Made by a program: the position numbers and the translations under genes. From Vicinamibacterales bacterium (lineage in GTDB: Bacteria > Acidobacteriota > Vicinamibacteria > Vicinamibacterales > UBA2999): a DNA stretch of 64,000 nucleotides. Every line of letters starts with the position of its first letter. Position 1 is the first letter of the stretch. The notes under the pieces were generated by a model. It ran no database searches and had not been told where the DNA came from. It worked only from the letters and a program-made list of their open reading frames with translations. Positions 17,095-26,303 of the stretch are shown in pieces. Location: contig DATJFF010000196.1 in NCBI GenBank assembly GCA_035495795.1, positions 1,326 to 65,325 of the forward strand, given 5' to 3'.

Positions 17095-18156
17095 TCACTC
17101 TTGCGGAGACGCCGGCGCCTGGGCACGAAATGCTTGCGGCGTCGTGCCGTGCCATCGTCTGAAGGCACGATGAAACGCTGTTGGCTCCGAGTAGCCCAGC
17201 AGGTAGGTCACTTCGGCGATCGTCAGCGTCGTCTTACGTAGATACATCTCCGCCGCCTGTCGTCTCGCGTCATCGCACAAGGTTTCGAACGATGTCCCCG
17301 CTCGCGCGAGGCGACGCTGTAGTGTGCGAGGAGTCGTCGAGAGTCGTCGGGCCACCGCGTCGATCGTCATCTCGCCCGCCGTGGCTTGCGTCGAGAGGAC
17401 GCTTCGCACCTCATCGCACGCGTCGCCGCTGGCCGGCAGACGGGCGAGAATCGCGGCCGCTTGACGTTCGAGCCAGCCCCGCAGCACCGGGTCCCGGCGT
17501 CTGAGCGGGAGATCGAGCGCTGGCTTGGCTATGACGACACCGGCCCAGGACGCCTTCGCATGAATCTGGCAACCCAGAACCCTGGCATATTCCGTGACAT
17601 CATCGGGTTCGTGCGTGAAGCTCACGTGCGTCGCTCTGAACTGATCGCCGGTTTCGCGCATGAACCGAATCACGCACAGGGAGAGCGCCAGCTCGGTGAA
17701 GAACGGCGTCGGTGCGCGCTCGACCACCACTCGCACGGCGCTCGGTTCTCGTCGAAGTGTCAGGCCGACGCTCGGGTTCACGAGGCGGAGATATCTCGTG
17801 AGGCGTTCGAGGCCGTGTCCCACCGAATCGGAACTGACGATCAGGTAGTCGAGGAGCGGGTTCGCGCCGATAGGCGTACGCTGAGCGAGCTGCAGTGCCA
17901 GGTTGCAGACGCGTTGTTCGCGATGAGCGTTCTCGAAGAGGGCGGCACACGCCCTCGGCGACAGAAACGCATCGGGATCTTCCACGTCGCGGCGCTGAAG
18001 GCCGGCCGAGACGAGCAGCGCATCGAGGTCGTAGCCCAACTGCTCGAGGACACGGAGCATCGGGCGCACTTCGCGGACGTCGTGGGCATCGGCCGATGGC
18101 GGAGCGGAGGGTATCTTCGTGGCGGCTCCTGTCACTGCATTGTCGCGCGGGGTCAT
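17095..18156 (-). CDS. AraC-family transcriptional regulator with AraC-binding-like N-terminal domain
   Basis: ORF 17095..18438 trimmed to ATG 18156, because the longer form would run into the upstream OMP gene. The C-terminal HTH reads IAEVTYLLGYSEPTAFHRAFRRWHGTTPQAFR. It is a paralogue of 51230..52261. Confidence 0.85.
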   Translation of the reverse strand: MTPRDNAVTGAATKIPSAPPSADAHDVREVRPMLRVLEQLGYDLDALLVSAGLQRRDVEDPDAFLSPRACAALFENAHREQRVCNLALQLAQRTPIGANPLLDYLIVSSDSVGHGLERLTRYLRLVNPSVGLTLRREPSAVRVVVERAPTPFFTELALSLCVIRFMRETGDQFRATHVSFTHEPDDVTEYARVLGCQIHAKASWAGVVIAKPALDLPLRRRDPVLRGWLERQAAAILARLPASGDACDEVRSVLSTQATAGEMTIDAVARRLSTTPRTLQRRLARAGTSFETLCDDARRQAAEMYLRKTTLTIAEVTYLLGYSEPTAFHRAFRRWHGTTPQAFRAQAPASPQE

Positions 18157-18338
18157 CGCTTGGCGGCGACGACCGCGACCATCGCCTTGCGTCCGGTGCG
18201 CACGTACTGCAAGTGGGCGGGACTGCTGGCGGCAAAGTCCTTTGAACCTGCACGCGCCCACCGTGCCTCTTCGTACCTGGGCGGCAGAATGTGGCAGAAG
18301 GCGTCGATCATGGTCACGGATGTTCCTGCGTAACACCT

Positions 18339-18860
18339 CTACCGTTTGCCGACATCGAATGAGATGCCTTGAGCCATGCGAAACTGCTCCGATCCCTGAA
18401 GGCCAAAGGACTTGAACCACCGAGCATCGGTTCGCCAATCCAACTTTTCATTCATTGGCATCTTCAGGCCGCCTCCAGCCGTCACCATCATGGCCACGCG
18501 CGGCTCGGTGCCGATCGGACGACCGTTGGAGGACAACACGGGCGCCCCGTATTGCGATAGCCCAACGCCCCCAGTGAAATACGGCATCGAGTGGCCGACG
18601 CGCGGAAGGAAATACAAGAGACTGGTGCTCGAACTCAGCGCGTGGATGCGGCCCTCGCCACGACGATAGGCAACGTCTGTCTCGACACTGAGCGTCGACG
18701 TGACAGGGAACGTGACGGCGGTGCCGACCGGAGATGCCCCGGCCGAACCCAGCGCCACATACGGCGTCACTTCTACGGTTCTTGCGTCCTGCGCCCCCAC
18801 CGGCAATGCTTGAAGAGTGAACGCGGCGAATGCGAAGGCAGCAGAGTTGTAAGCCCGCAT
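18339..18860 (-). CDS. Small outer-membrane beta-barrel protein
   Basis: Signal peptide MRAYNSAAFAFAAFTLQALPVGAQD. The sequence has an alternating beta-strand pattern rich in G/Y/T. GAGGAGG lies upstream. Confidence 0.75.
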   Translation of the reverse strand: MRAYNSAAFAFAAFTLQALPVGAQDARTVEVTPYVALGSAGASPVGTAVTFPVTSTLSVETDVAYRRGEGRIHALSSSTSLLYFLPRVGHSMPYFTGGVGLSQYGAPVLSSNGRPIGTEPRVAMMVTAGGGLKMPMNEKLDWRTDARWFKSFGLQGSEQFRMAQGISFDVGKR

Positions 18861-19030
18861 GGCACCTCCTCAGCCGCTTGACTGCGGCCGCTGAACATTA
18901 GACGGCCACAAGCTGAGAACAGCTGGGCCATCTTCGCGAGTAGAGACGTCAGGCCCTGCTGCCGAATGTCGGTCGCAGCTGAGGTCACTCTCTTTGCATC
19001 ACCGATCCTCGGGTGCACGGGAGGAATCTG

Positions 19031-19759
19031 ATGAAGCGCACTGCTCTGCTATGGGTGGCGGTCCTTACCGTCATCATCGTCATCGGTGGCTGCTCGAACA
19101 CCGAAGTGACGAAGGGGCCAGGGTCCGAACCGCCCGCAGGACGCGGAGCTGCAGTCGGCACGGGCGGGGCCGGGGCGAATGTGAAGAGCGACGGCGAGTT
19201 CGTCCATGACGTGGCTAGCAAGATCATGGCGGGGACCGAGCTCAGCCGCATCGCTCTCGCCAAGTCGATGAGCCCTGAGGTCAAAGCCTTTGCTCAACTG
19301 ATGATCGACGACTATGGCGCGGCCGACAGTAAGTTGAAGAGCGCTGTTTCAGGTGATGCGATCGACTGGCCGGCCCAGCTCGACGAAAAGCAGAGGGACA
19401 CTGCCGACGATCTGGCGAAGCAACAGGCTCCGGATTTCGATCGCGCCTATGCCAAAGCAATGGTCGAGGTGCAACAGGATCTCGCCGCCAAGCTGGAATC
19501 CCGGCTCGACGTGCAGTCGCTCGCGGAGTGGAAGACCAGCGCCGCGGGCCGCGCGCAACAGAAGGCGCTGCCCGAACCCAAAGTCGAGATGGCCGACGTG
19601 CCAGTCCGCCCCAACAAGAGTGGCAACGAGATCACGGTGAAGATCAACCAATGGGCGGCGGACACGTATCCCGTCGCGCAAAAGCACCTCGACACTGCCA
19701 GGACGTTCGCAGCGAAAGACGCTCGACGAACGGAAAGCAGCGGACGCGGCAGTAAGTGA
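19031..19759 (+). CDS. DUF4142-domain lipoprotein
   Basis: ATG 19031 follows GGGAGG. The lipobox is VIGGC. FVHDVASKIMAGTELSRIALAKSMSPEVKAFAQLMIDDYGAADSKLK fits DUF4142 (from memory). Confidence 0.8.
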   Translation: MKRTALLWVAVLTVIIVIGGCSNTEVTKGPGSEPPAGRGAAVGTGGAGANVKSDGEFVHDVASKIMAGTELSRIALAKSMSPEVKAFAQLMIDDYGAADSKLKSAVSGDAIDWPAQLDEKQRDTADDLAKQQAPDFDRAYAKAMVEVQQDLAAKLESRLDVQSLAEWKTSAAGRAQQKALPEPKVEMADVPVRPNKSGNEITVKINQWAADTYPVAQKHLDTARTFAAKDARRTESSGRGSK

Positions 19760-19795
19760 TCATTCGACTCGCCACGACCTGCGAGATAGGAGGTG

Positions 19796-22459
19796 CTAAT
19801 CGGTGCGAATCGCGCGCACCGGATCGACACGAGCCGCGCGGCGTGCCGGAATTGCGCTTGCGGCGCACGCGACCAGGCTCAGCGCCACTGCGACGGTGAT
19901 GAACGTGACCGGATCGCGCGGGTCCACGTCGCTGAGAAATGTCGACAGTAAGCGCGTCGATGCCAGCGCGCCGGTGAGGCCGAGGGCGAGCCCGACCGCG
20001 ACCAGCACGAACGCCTGGCGCATGAAGAGCATGATCACCTGGCCCGCCCTCGCGCCAAGCGCCATGCGCACGCCGATCTCGGCGGTCCGCTGGCCGACCC
20101 CATGCGCGGTGAGCGCATACAGACCGACGCACGCGAGCACGACCGCGATCAACGCGAGGGTCTGGAACCACGATCCGACCATCCGGGCGCCCGAGCGCGT
20201 CAGCGCCAGCATCTCGTCGAGCGATTGGACCGCGTGCACCGGCAGATCGGGATCGAGTGTGCCGACTTCGTGCCTGAGCGCGGCTGCGGCCGCCGCTTTC
20301 GATGTCGAACGCGCGATTACCGAGATGCCGCGCGGTTGAGACGGATCGCTCGGCAGCGGCGCGTAGACCGCCATGTCGTCCGGCTGGTTGGGAAGATAGT
20401 CCGGGAGCGTCGGCGCGATGCCGACGACGGTCCGCACCAGCGGCGGCGCCTGAGCACCGGGCGTTGTCAGCGTAATCCGCCGGCCGACTGGGTCGTCGCC
20501 GCCGAACAGCGCCGCGGCTGCGCGCTCGTTGATGACCACGCCCGGCGATCCCGACGCGCTGTCGTCCGGGTTCAGGGCCCGGCCGCGGACGATTGGAAAT
20601 CGCAGCGTCTCGAAGAACCGCTGGCCGGCGAGGAGATACGTGACGCGCGGGAGCTGTTCGTCGGGCTCGATTGCGCGCCCTGCGACCGCGACCAGCCTCG
20701 TCGCCGCGGTCAACGGCTGAATCGGCACCTCGCTGGCGATGGTCGACTCGGAGAAGACGCCGCTGGCGTCGATGCGCTCCTCGAGAAGCCGGAAGAACTC
20801 CCGCCGTTGTTCCGGCGTCGCATACCTGGTGGGCGACAGCGTCAGCCGCATCGCGACCAGATCCCGGGTGTCGATCACCGGACTGGTCCGGTAGAGCCCA
20901 AAGAAGCTTCGCGCGAACAAGCCGCCCGGGACGAGCAGCATCACGGCAACGGCGATCTGCCCGATCATCAGCGCGGCCGCCCACCGCCGCGACGACCGCG
21001 TCGCCGCGCCGAGACGGCCGTCCTTCAGTATGTCGTTCGTGCCTGCCTTCGACAGGTGCAGCGCGGGAACCAATCCGGCGGCGAGGCTTGCGAACAAGAA
21101 CGCCGCGCCGCCGAAGAGCCAGACTGCGCCGTCGGCATCGGGATTGAACCAGTAGACCTTGCGCGGCCGATCCGGAGCACCAATCTCGAACACGTTGAAG
21201 GCCGCGGACATCGCGTTGAAGCCGAACCACGACAGATACGATCCGAGCAGGCTGCCGGCCACCCCAATCAACGCGCATTCGATCAGCACCTGGCGGACCA
21301 CCCGCCATCGGGTGGCGCCGAGCGCCAGTCTCACGGCGATCTCTCGCGATCGACGCCACGATCGCGCCAGCAGCAGGTTCGCGACATTGGCGCTCGCCAC
21401 CAACAGCACGACGACCGCGGCGCCGAGCAACGCCATCATCAGCGAGAGGGCGTCCGGGGCCAGCGTGCCTTCCTTGAGCGGCAGCACGACCACCCTGCGG
21501 TCCCTGGCCAGTTCCCGATGCTCGCGCGCGAGGCGGCTGGAAATCGCTTCGACCTCGGCCCGCGCCTGGGCGATCTCGGCGCCCGGTTTCAGGCGGCCAG
21601 CAATGCCGAACGAGGTCGAGGTCCAGGTGAACGATCGCAGGTTCGGCGCGAGGTGCATCGGCATCCAGAGATCGGTCACGAGCGGATAGGCGAACCGCTC
21701 CGGCATCACGCCGATCACCGTGGATGGCTGCTCGTTGACGCGAATGACGCGCCCGATCACCGACGGATCGCCGCCGTAGCGCGTGCGCCACAAGCCGTAG
21801 CTGATGATCGTCACCGGCACGGCTCCGTCCTCGTCGTCGCTGTCGGTGAAATCCCGTCCGAGCGCCGCGGCTACGCCGAGAGTCCGGAACGTCGTCGCGC
21901 TGATGAACGCGCCGCTCAGCCGCTCGGCGGCGTGCGCGGCATCGCTGACACTCACGGATTGATTGAGATCTGCAGAGAGGGATTCGAAGGCCGTCGATTC
22001 GCGACGCCACTCCTGGAACTCGAGCCATGAGATGCCGCCGTTGAAGCCTCGCGGATCGATCGTCCGGACGGTCAGCAATCGATGCGGATCCTCGAAGGGC
22101 AGGTCGTGAAGGACGGTCGCGTTCACAAACGCAAACACGGCCTGGCTGACCGCCATGCCGAGGGCCAGCGTGACGATCGCGACAATCGCAAACCGGCGAT
22201 CCTTGACGAGCACGCGGAGTCCGTACTTGATGTCCTGCGAGGCGTCGCGCAGCGCCGGCGACACCCACACATCGAGGGCGCGTTCGCGCGCGAGCAGGTC
22301 GTTCCCCATCGCCCGCTGAGCCGCCGACAGAATCTCGGTCTCCGGGATGCCCTTCGCGCGCAGTTCGTCCTGCTTCATCAGGCGGTGGAACTCGAGCTCG
22401 CTCTCGAGACCGTCATCCCGCCGCAGCAGGAACGCGAGACGCCGAAGGAGACGTCGCAT
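19796..22459 (-). CDS. ADOP-type duplicated FtsX/MacB-like permease (copy 1)
   Basis: 887 aa. The N-terminus MRRLLRRLAFLLRRDDGLESELEFH is followed by two MacB-like periplasmic plus FtsX 4-TM halves. The C-terminus is IPARRAARVDPVRAIRTD. The gene starts 1 nt after the padR stop. Confidence 0.9.
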   Translation of the reverse strand: MRRLLRRLAFLLRRDDGLESELEFHRLMKQDELRAKGIPETEILSAAQRAMGNDLLARERALDVWVSPALRDASQDIKYGLRVLVKDRRFAIVAIVTLALGMAVSQAVFAFVNATVLHDLPFEDPHRLLTVRTIDPRGFNGGISWLEFQEWRRESTAFESLSADLNQSVSVSDAAHAAERLSGAFISATTFRTLGVAAALGRDFTDSDDEDGAVPVTIISYGLWRTRYGGDPSVIGRVIRVNEQPSTVIGVMPERFAYPLVTDLWMPMHLAPNLRSFTWTSTSFGIAGRLKPGAEIAQARAEVEAISSRLAREHRELARDRRVVVLPLKEGTLAPDALSLMMALLGAAVVVLLVASANVANLLLARSWRRSREIAVRLALGATRWRVVRQVLIECALIGVAGSLLGSYLSWFGFNAMSAAFNVFEIGAPDRPRKVYWFNPDADGAVWLFGGAAFLFASLAAGLVPALHLSKAGTNDILKDGRLGAATRSSRRWAAALMIGQIAVAVMLLVPGGLFARSFFGLYRTSPVIDTRDLVAMRLTLSPTRYATPEQRREFFRLLEERIDASGVFSESTIASEVPIQPLTAATRLVAVAGRAIEPDEQLPRVTYLLAGQRFFETLRFPIVRGRALNPDDSASGSPGVVINERAAAALFGGDDPVGRRITLTTPGAQAPPLVRTVVGIAPTLPDYLPNQPDDMAVYAPLPSDPSQPRGISVIARSTSKAAAAAALRHEVGTLDPDLPVHAVQSLDEMLALTRSGARMVGSWFQTLALIAVVLACVGLYALTAHGVGQRTAEIGVRMALGARAGQVIMLFMRQAFVLVAVGLALGLTGALASTRLLSTFLSDVDPRDPVTFITVAVALSLVACAASAIPARRAARVDPVRAIRTD

Positions 22460-22460
22460 A

Positions 22461-22796
22461 CTAGGTGGTTGCCTTCAGCACCTTGTGAATCGCGAGAATC
22501 ATCCGGTCGAACTCGTCGACTTCGACCGTCAGGCGTTTCTTGCCGGCAGTGGTGAGGGTGTAATACCTGGCCTTGCGATTGTTCTCGGAGACACCCCACT
22601 CACCCTTGACCCAGCCGTTCAAAAGGAGGCGCTGCAGGGCCGGGTACAAGGAGCTCTCGCCGACCTGCAGCACATCGTCGGACTGAGCCCGCAGGTGCTC
22701 GGCAATACCGTAGCCGTGCTTCGATCCCCCGCGCAGGGCGCGGAGGATCAGCAAGTCCAGCGTTCCGGGCAGAAGGTCAGGGGTGCCGCTTCCCAT
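22461..22796 (-). CDS. PadR-family transcriptional regulator (copy 1)
   Basis: LLILRALRGGSKHGYGIAEHL...LYPALQRLLLNGWVKGEWGVSENNRKARYYTLT is the PadR winged-helix signature. Confidence 0.9.
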   Translation of the reverse strand: MGSGTPDLLPGTLDLLILRALRGGSKHGYGIAEHLRAQSDDVLQVGESSLYPALQRLLLNGWVKGEWGVSENNRKARYYTLTTAGKKRLTVEVDEFDRMILAIHKVLKATT

Positions 22797-22850
22797 CGTT
22801 TGCCGATGGGAAACTGTAGATCAACTCCCATCGGTTGTCGATGGGAGTTG
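22790..22850. promoter_or_regulatory. Two tandem perfect palindromes (candidate PadR-1 operators)
   Basis: Palindrome 1 is TTCCCATCG-TTTGC-CGATGGGAA at 22790-22812 and includes the padR start codon (22794-22796). Palindrome 2 is CAACTCCCATCG-GTTGT-CGATGGGAGTTG at 22822-22850. They share the core TCCCATCG-N5-CGATGGGA. Confidence 0.6.
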
Positions 22851-22965
22851 CAGATGAGCTGGAAGGATGGGACGACGGCGGTCGGCCCCATTAAAAGTAT
22901 CCCTCACACTACCGCTCGCTTCAAGACTGTTTGTTGGCGGACAGCACGGGTATCATCGCCGGCCC

Positions 22966-24684
22966 ATGTCGAGAACCACGAACCGCGATTCGGCGCCCCG
23001 GCCCGGGAGCCCGGCGGACCATCGGCTCGCGCGCCTCCTGGACGCGCCGTTCCTCGCGCGTGTCGTACCGCACCTCGCGCCCGAGACGCTGCATCAGCTC
23101 ATCGAGTACCGCGGACTCGACGCGTGCGGTGAGCTCGTCGCGTCGGCAACGCCGGCCCAGCTCACCTCCCTGCTCGACCTCGATCTCTGGCGCCATGCGC
23201 GGCCGGGACGGGACGAGCAGTTCGACGTCGATCGGTTCGGCGAATGGCTCGAAGTGCTGGTGGACACCGGAGACTCAGTCGCCGCACGCGCCGTCGCCGC
23301 CCTCGACACAAGTCTGGTCGTCGCCGGTCTGTCCCGCTACGTGCGTGTGTTCGACCCGGGCATCTTTGAGCCGACGGCCCAGAGCGATGACGAATCGGTC
23401 GACCGCCACGAGGCAATGCGCGAGGGCGACCGCCACGCGCCGATGCGCAATCCAGATGACGATGGGCTCGAATGTGAAGTGGGCGGCTACCTAGTCCGCG
23501 CGCGGAGAACCGACGCGTGGGATGCGATCGTCATGCTCCTCGTCGCGCTCGAGATCGAGCACCACGACCGCTTTCGCGCGGTCATGCAGGGTTGCCGACG
23601 CCTGTCCAACTCCAGGCCTGAGATCGACGGGCTCGACGATGTGCTGATGGCGCCCGAGCAGCACCTCCACGACCTGGCAGTCGAACGAGAGCAACGGCGC
23701 TCGCGGCGGGGTTATGCAACCCCGGCCGACGCGCGGGCCTTCCTTCAGGTAGCACGACACACTCGACGGACGCCAGGTGCAGCGGCGTCGCTCGCAATCA
23801 ACTCCATCGCCATGGCCTACTTTCGTTCGGCCGATGAGGAAGAGGACACCGCAGCCGAAGGCACAACCCCTGAAATGCGTGACAGTGCGCCACCTCGCGA
23901 CGCGCCGGACGGTTCCGCCCGCGCCGGCAACGACATTCAGGCATCGGTCGATGCCGTCATCGAGTTACTGGCCGAGGCCGGCGTGATGCCGGAACAGCCC
24001 CGGCCGCTGCTCGGAGCCGCACACGGGGACCCGCGAGCCGCGAAACTCCCTCTCCTCAGGCGGCTGATGGAGTTCGTGCTGCACCACGACCAGACTGCGT
24101 ACCTCACGCGCAGTCGCGAGCTTGCGTTTCTCGCGAACACGTTGCACGCCGGATCCTCGGTTCAATCGAGGCCATTCACGCGCCAGGAAGCCTCGGACGC
24201 GGCCGCTTGCATCTGCAACCTGGGGCTCGAATGCAGCGGAACCTCCACCCTTGCCGACACGTTCCTCGTGGACCACGACCTCGTGGCGGCGTTCGAACGG
24301 GGCTGGTCGATGCTGTACGAGGACGTGAGCCTGTTCGTGGCCGATCAGCTCATCGCGACCCTGGCCGATCTCCGCTGCGACGACGCCGACATCGACCGAG
24401 GACTCCGGGCGCTACAGCGCACGCTCGTGAAGCAGCGCGATGCCGGGACGCCGTGGCTCGCGCGCGACGCCGCCGACGTCCTGGCCACGCTCGACACGAC
24501 CGCCTGGATCAGCGTGCTCGGGCTGCTGGACGAGTGTCCCATCCTCCCGGAGACGCTGACCGCGATTCTGGAGCGCCGCACCGCGCCGGTCAGCCCAACC
24601 GCGTTCCAGTTCATCTCGACGACCGCTCAGATCGGTGACATTCGCGTCTTCATGAGGACGCTTTCCAGCACGTTGTCTCGCTGA
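22966..24684 (+). CDS. Large soluble hypothetical protein (possibly DUF6178-like)
   Basis: Lies within ORF 22867..24684, starting at ATG 22966. Composition is protein-like with no TM segment. The N-terminus LARLLDAPFLARVVPHLAPETLHQLIEYRGLDACGELVASATPAQLTSLLDLDLW resembles DUF6178 proteins as I recall them (unverified). Confidence 0.65.
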   Translation: MSRTTNRDSAPRPGSPADHRLARLLDAPFLARVVPHLAPETLHQLIEYRGLDACGELVASATPAQLTSLLDLDLWRHARPGRDEQFDVDRFGEWLEVLVDTGDSVAARAVAALDTSLVVAGLSRYVRVFDPGIFEPTAQSDDESVDRHEAMREGDRHAPMRNPDDDGLECEVGGYLVRARRTDAWDAIVMLLVALEIEHHDRFRAVMQGCRRLSNSRPEIDGLDDVLMAPEQHLHDLAVEREQRRSRRGYATPADARAFLQVARHTRRTPGAAASLAINSIAMAYFRSADEEEDTAAEGTTPEMRDSAPPRDAPDGSARAGNDIQASVDAVIELLAEAGVMPEQPRPLLGAAHGDPRAAKLPLLRRLMEFVLHHDQTAYLTRSRELAFLANTLHAGSSVQSRPFTRQEASDAAACICNLGLECSGTSTLADTFLVDHDLVAAFERGWSMLYEDVSLFVADQLIATLADLRCDDADIDRGLRALQRTLVKQRDAGTPWLARDAADVLATLDTTAWISVLGLLDECPILPETLTAILERRTAPVSPTAFQFISTTAQIGDIRVFMRTLSSTLSR

Positions 24685-24729
24685 GCCAGGCTTCGCGACC
24701 GCGGCGAGCGTCATCCAGGCAGGCTCACG

Positions 24730-26244
24730 CTACTGGCAACGGAAGTTCCTTGCCTCGTCGGTGCTGCCGCTGCCAATGTAGTGCGCCGTCGCCGGATACG
24801 CGCACAGCGGCCGAGTGCGGTCGACGACGCCGCTGGTCAGGTGCGAGGCTTCGATCGACTGCGGCTTCTGGCCGGTTTCGACCCAGCGATCGAGCGTACC
24901 CACTTTGTCGAAGACGTCAGTGCCTGGCCCGCCCTGGCAATGTGCCATCCCCGGCACCATGAACAGCGCGACCGCATTCGAGCCCGCCGATCCGACCGCC
25001 TTCGAGATCCGCTCGTACATGATCAGGCTGGTGTCGGGCGAGACGAGCGGATCGGCCCAGCCGTGATACATCAGCAGTTTGCCGCCGCGTTTGAAGAAGG
25101 GCGAGAGGTCGGGATCGCCGCCGTACAGCAGGCCCTGGTCCGCTTTCACCGCGCGCTCCACGTCCTCTGGCACCTTGATCGTGTGATAGTCCCAGCTGGG
25201 TGTGAACACGATCTTTCGCATCCCTTCGTGAGACTCCCCTGACGGCACGGGGCCTCCGACGCCGCCCCATCCGAGCTCGGATCCCGGATAGTAGCGGCCC
25301 GGATGCAGAACGGCGCCGCTCTTCGGATCGCGAATCGGACGCATCATGGCGTTCGCCGTCTCGACCTGATCCTTCGTCAGGCAATCGGCACGATCCTCTG
25401 CGGCGCACGTGAGCGTCGCGAAGTCGAAAGAGCACTTTGACGGATCCTCGATGACGCCGTCCTTCACGCCGTCCAGGGCATCGCACCGGTTGAGGACCGC
25501 GTTGTGCATCATCGAATACTTGCTCGGGGGGATCACCGCGGCCGGCGTGCGGTTGACGTAAGTGTTCAACCATACACGCGCGGCGTACAGGCGCATCTGA
25601 TCCCACGACGGATCGCCGGCTGCGATGCCATCGAAATCCTCGGGATACCGCTGCGCCTCGATCAGGGCCTGACGTCCGCCGGTCGAGCAGGAGTTGAAAT
25701 ACGAGCGAGCCGGCGGCGCGTCGTAATGCGCGGCGACGACCGCCTTCGCGGTCACCGTCATCTCGTGAATCGCGCGGTAGGCGAAGTCGACGAGCTTCTC
25801 GGGATGTCCGGGGACGAAGTCGGCGTTGCCGCCCACGTGACCGCCATCGGTTCCGGCGGCGGCATATCCGGCTTTGACCGACGCCGCCATCGCCGGATAC
25901 GGAATCTCTCCTCCCAAGCCGCCGTTTCCCGACGCCTGCAGCTTGCGATTCCACCCCGACTGCGGCAGCCACACTTCGACGCGGATGTCGGAGTCGGCGG
26001 ATGGAGCCAGCTTCAGCGTCACGCGACAGAACGCCGGCAGCGTCGTGAATACCGCGGTCGCGGCCGCATTGGCCGCCGTTGGCGGCGCGAACGCGCCAGC
26101 CTGCACGGGCTCAGCCGCCAGCACCCTTCCATTCGTCACCGCCACCTGCGCGAGTGACTCGCATGCAATCGGCGCAGACGTTGGGGCATTCAAGGCATCG
26201 ACTGTCGCCGCACCGAACAAGGCGATCAAGACCGCGATTCTCAT
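24730..26244 (-). CDS. Secreted tannase/feruloyl-esterase family hydrolase
   Basis: Signal peptide MRIAVLIALFGAATVDA. The nucleophile block FNSCSTGGRQALIEAQRYPEDFDGIAAGDPSWD is typical of the tannase/feruloyl esterase family. Confidence 0.9.
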   Translation of the reverse strand: MRIAVLIALFGAATVDALNAPTSAPIACESLAQVAVTNGRVLAAEPVQAGAFAPPTAANAAATAVFTTLPAFCRVTLKLAPSADSDIRVEVWLPQSGWNRKLQASGNGGLGGEIPYPAMAASVKAGYAAAGTDGGHVGGNADFVPGHPEKLVDFAYRAIHEMTVTAKAVVAAHYDAPPARSYFNSCSTGGRQALIEAQRYPEDFDGIAAGDPSWDQMRLYAARVWLNTYVNRTPAAVIPPSKYSMMHNAVLNRCDALDGVKDGVIEDPSKCSFDFATLTCAAEDRADCLTKDQVETANAMMRPIRDPKSGAVLHPGRYYPGSELGWGGVGGPVPSGESHEGMRKIVFTPSWDYHTIKVPEDVERAVKADQGLLYGGDPDLSPFFKRGGKLLMYHGWADPLVSPDTSLIMYERISKAVGSAGSNAVALFMVPGMAHCQGGPGTDVFDKVGTLDRWVETGQKPQSIEASHLTSGVVDRTRPLCAYPATAHYIGSGSTDEARNFRCQ

Positions 26245-26303
26245 GGGTGGAAGTCTAGACCCGAACCCGGGCCTCCGCGCGGACGTGCGACACTTCTGTA
26301 CCG

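Noticed and set aside
19644-22268. An 874-aa ORF on the minus strand, plus a 642-aa plus-strand ORF (20102..22030), overlapping the ADOP-1 gene.
   Set aside because: The translations are dominated by Arg/Gly/Ala/Pro runs with no domain-like blocks. The overlapping frame 19796..22459 has a clear FtsX/MacB architecture. These are typical GC-driven alternative-frame and antisense ORFs.
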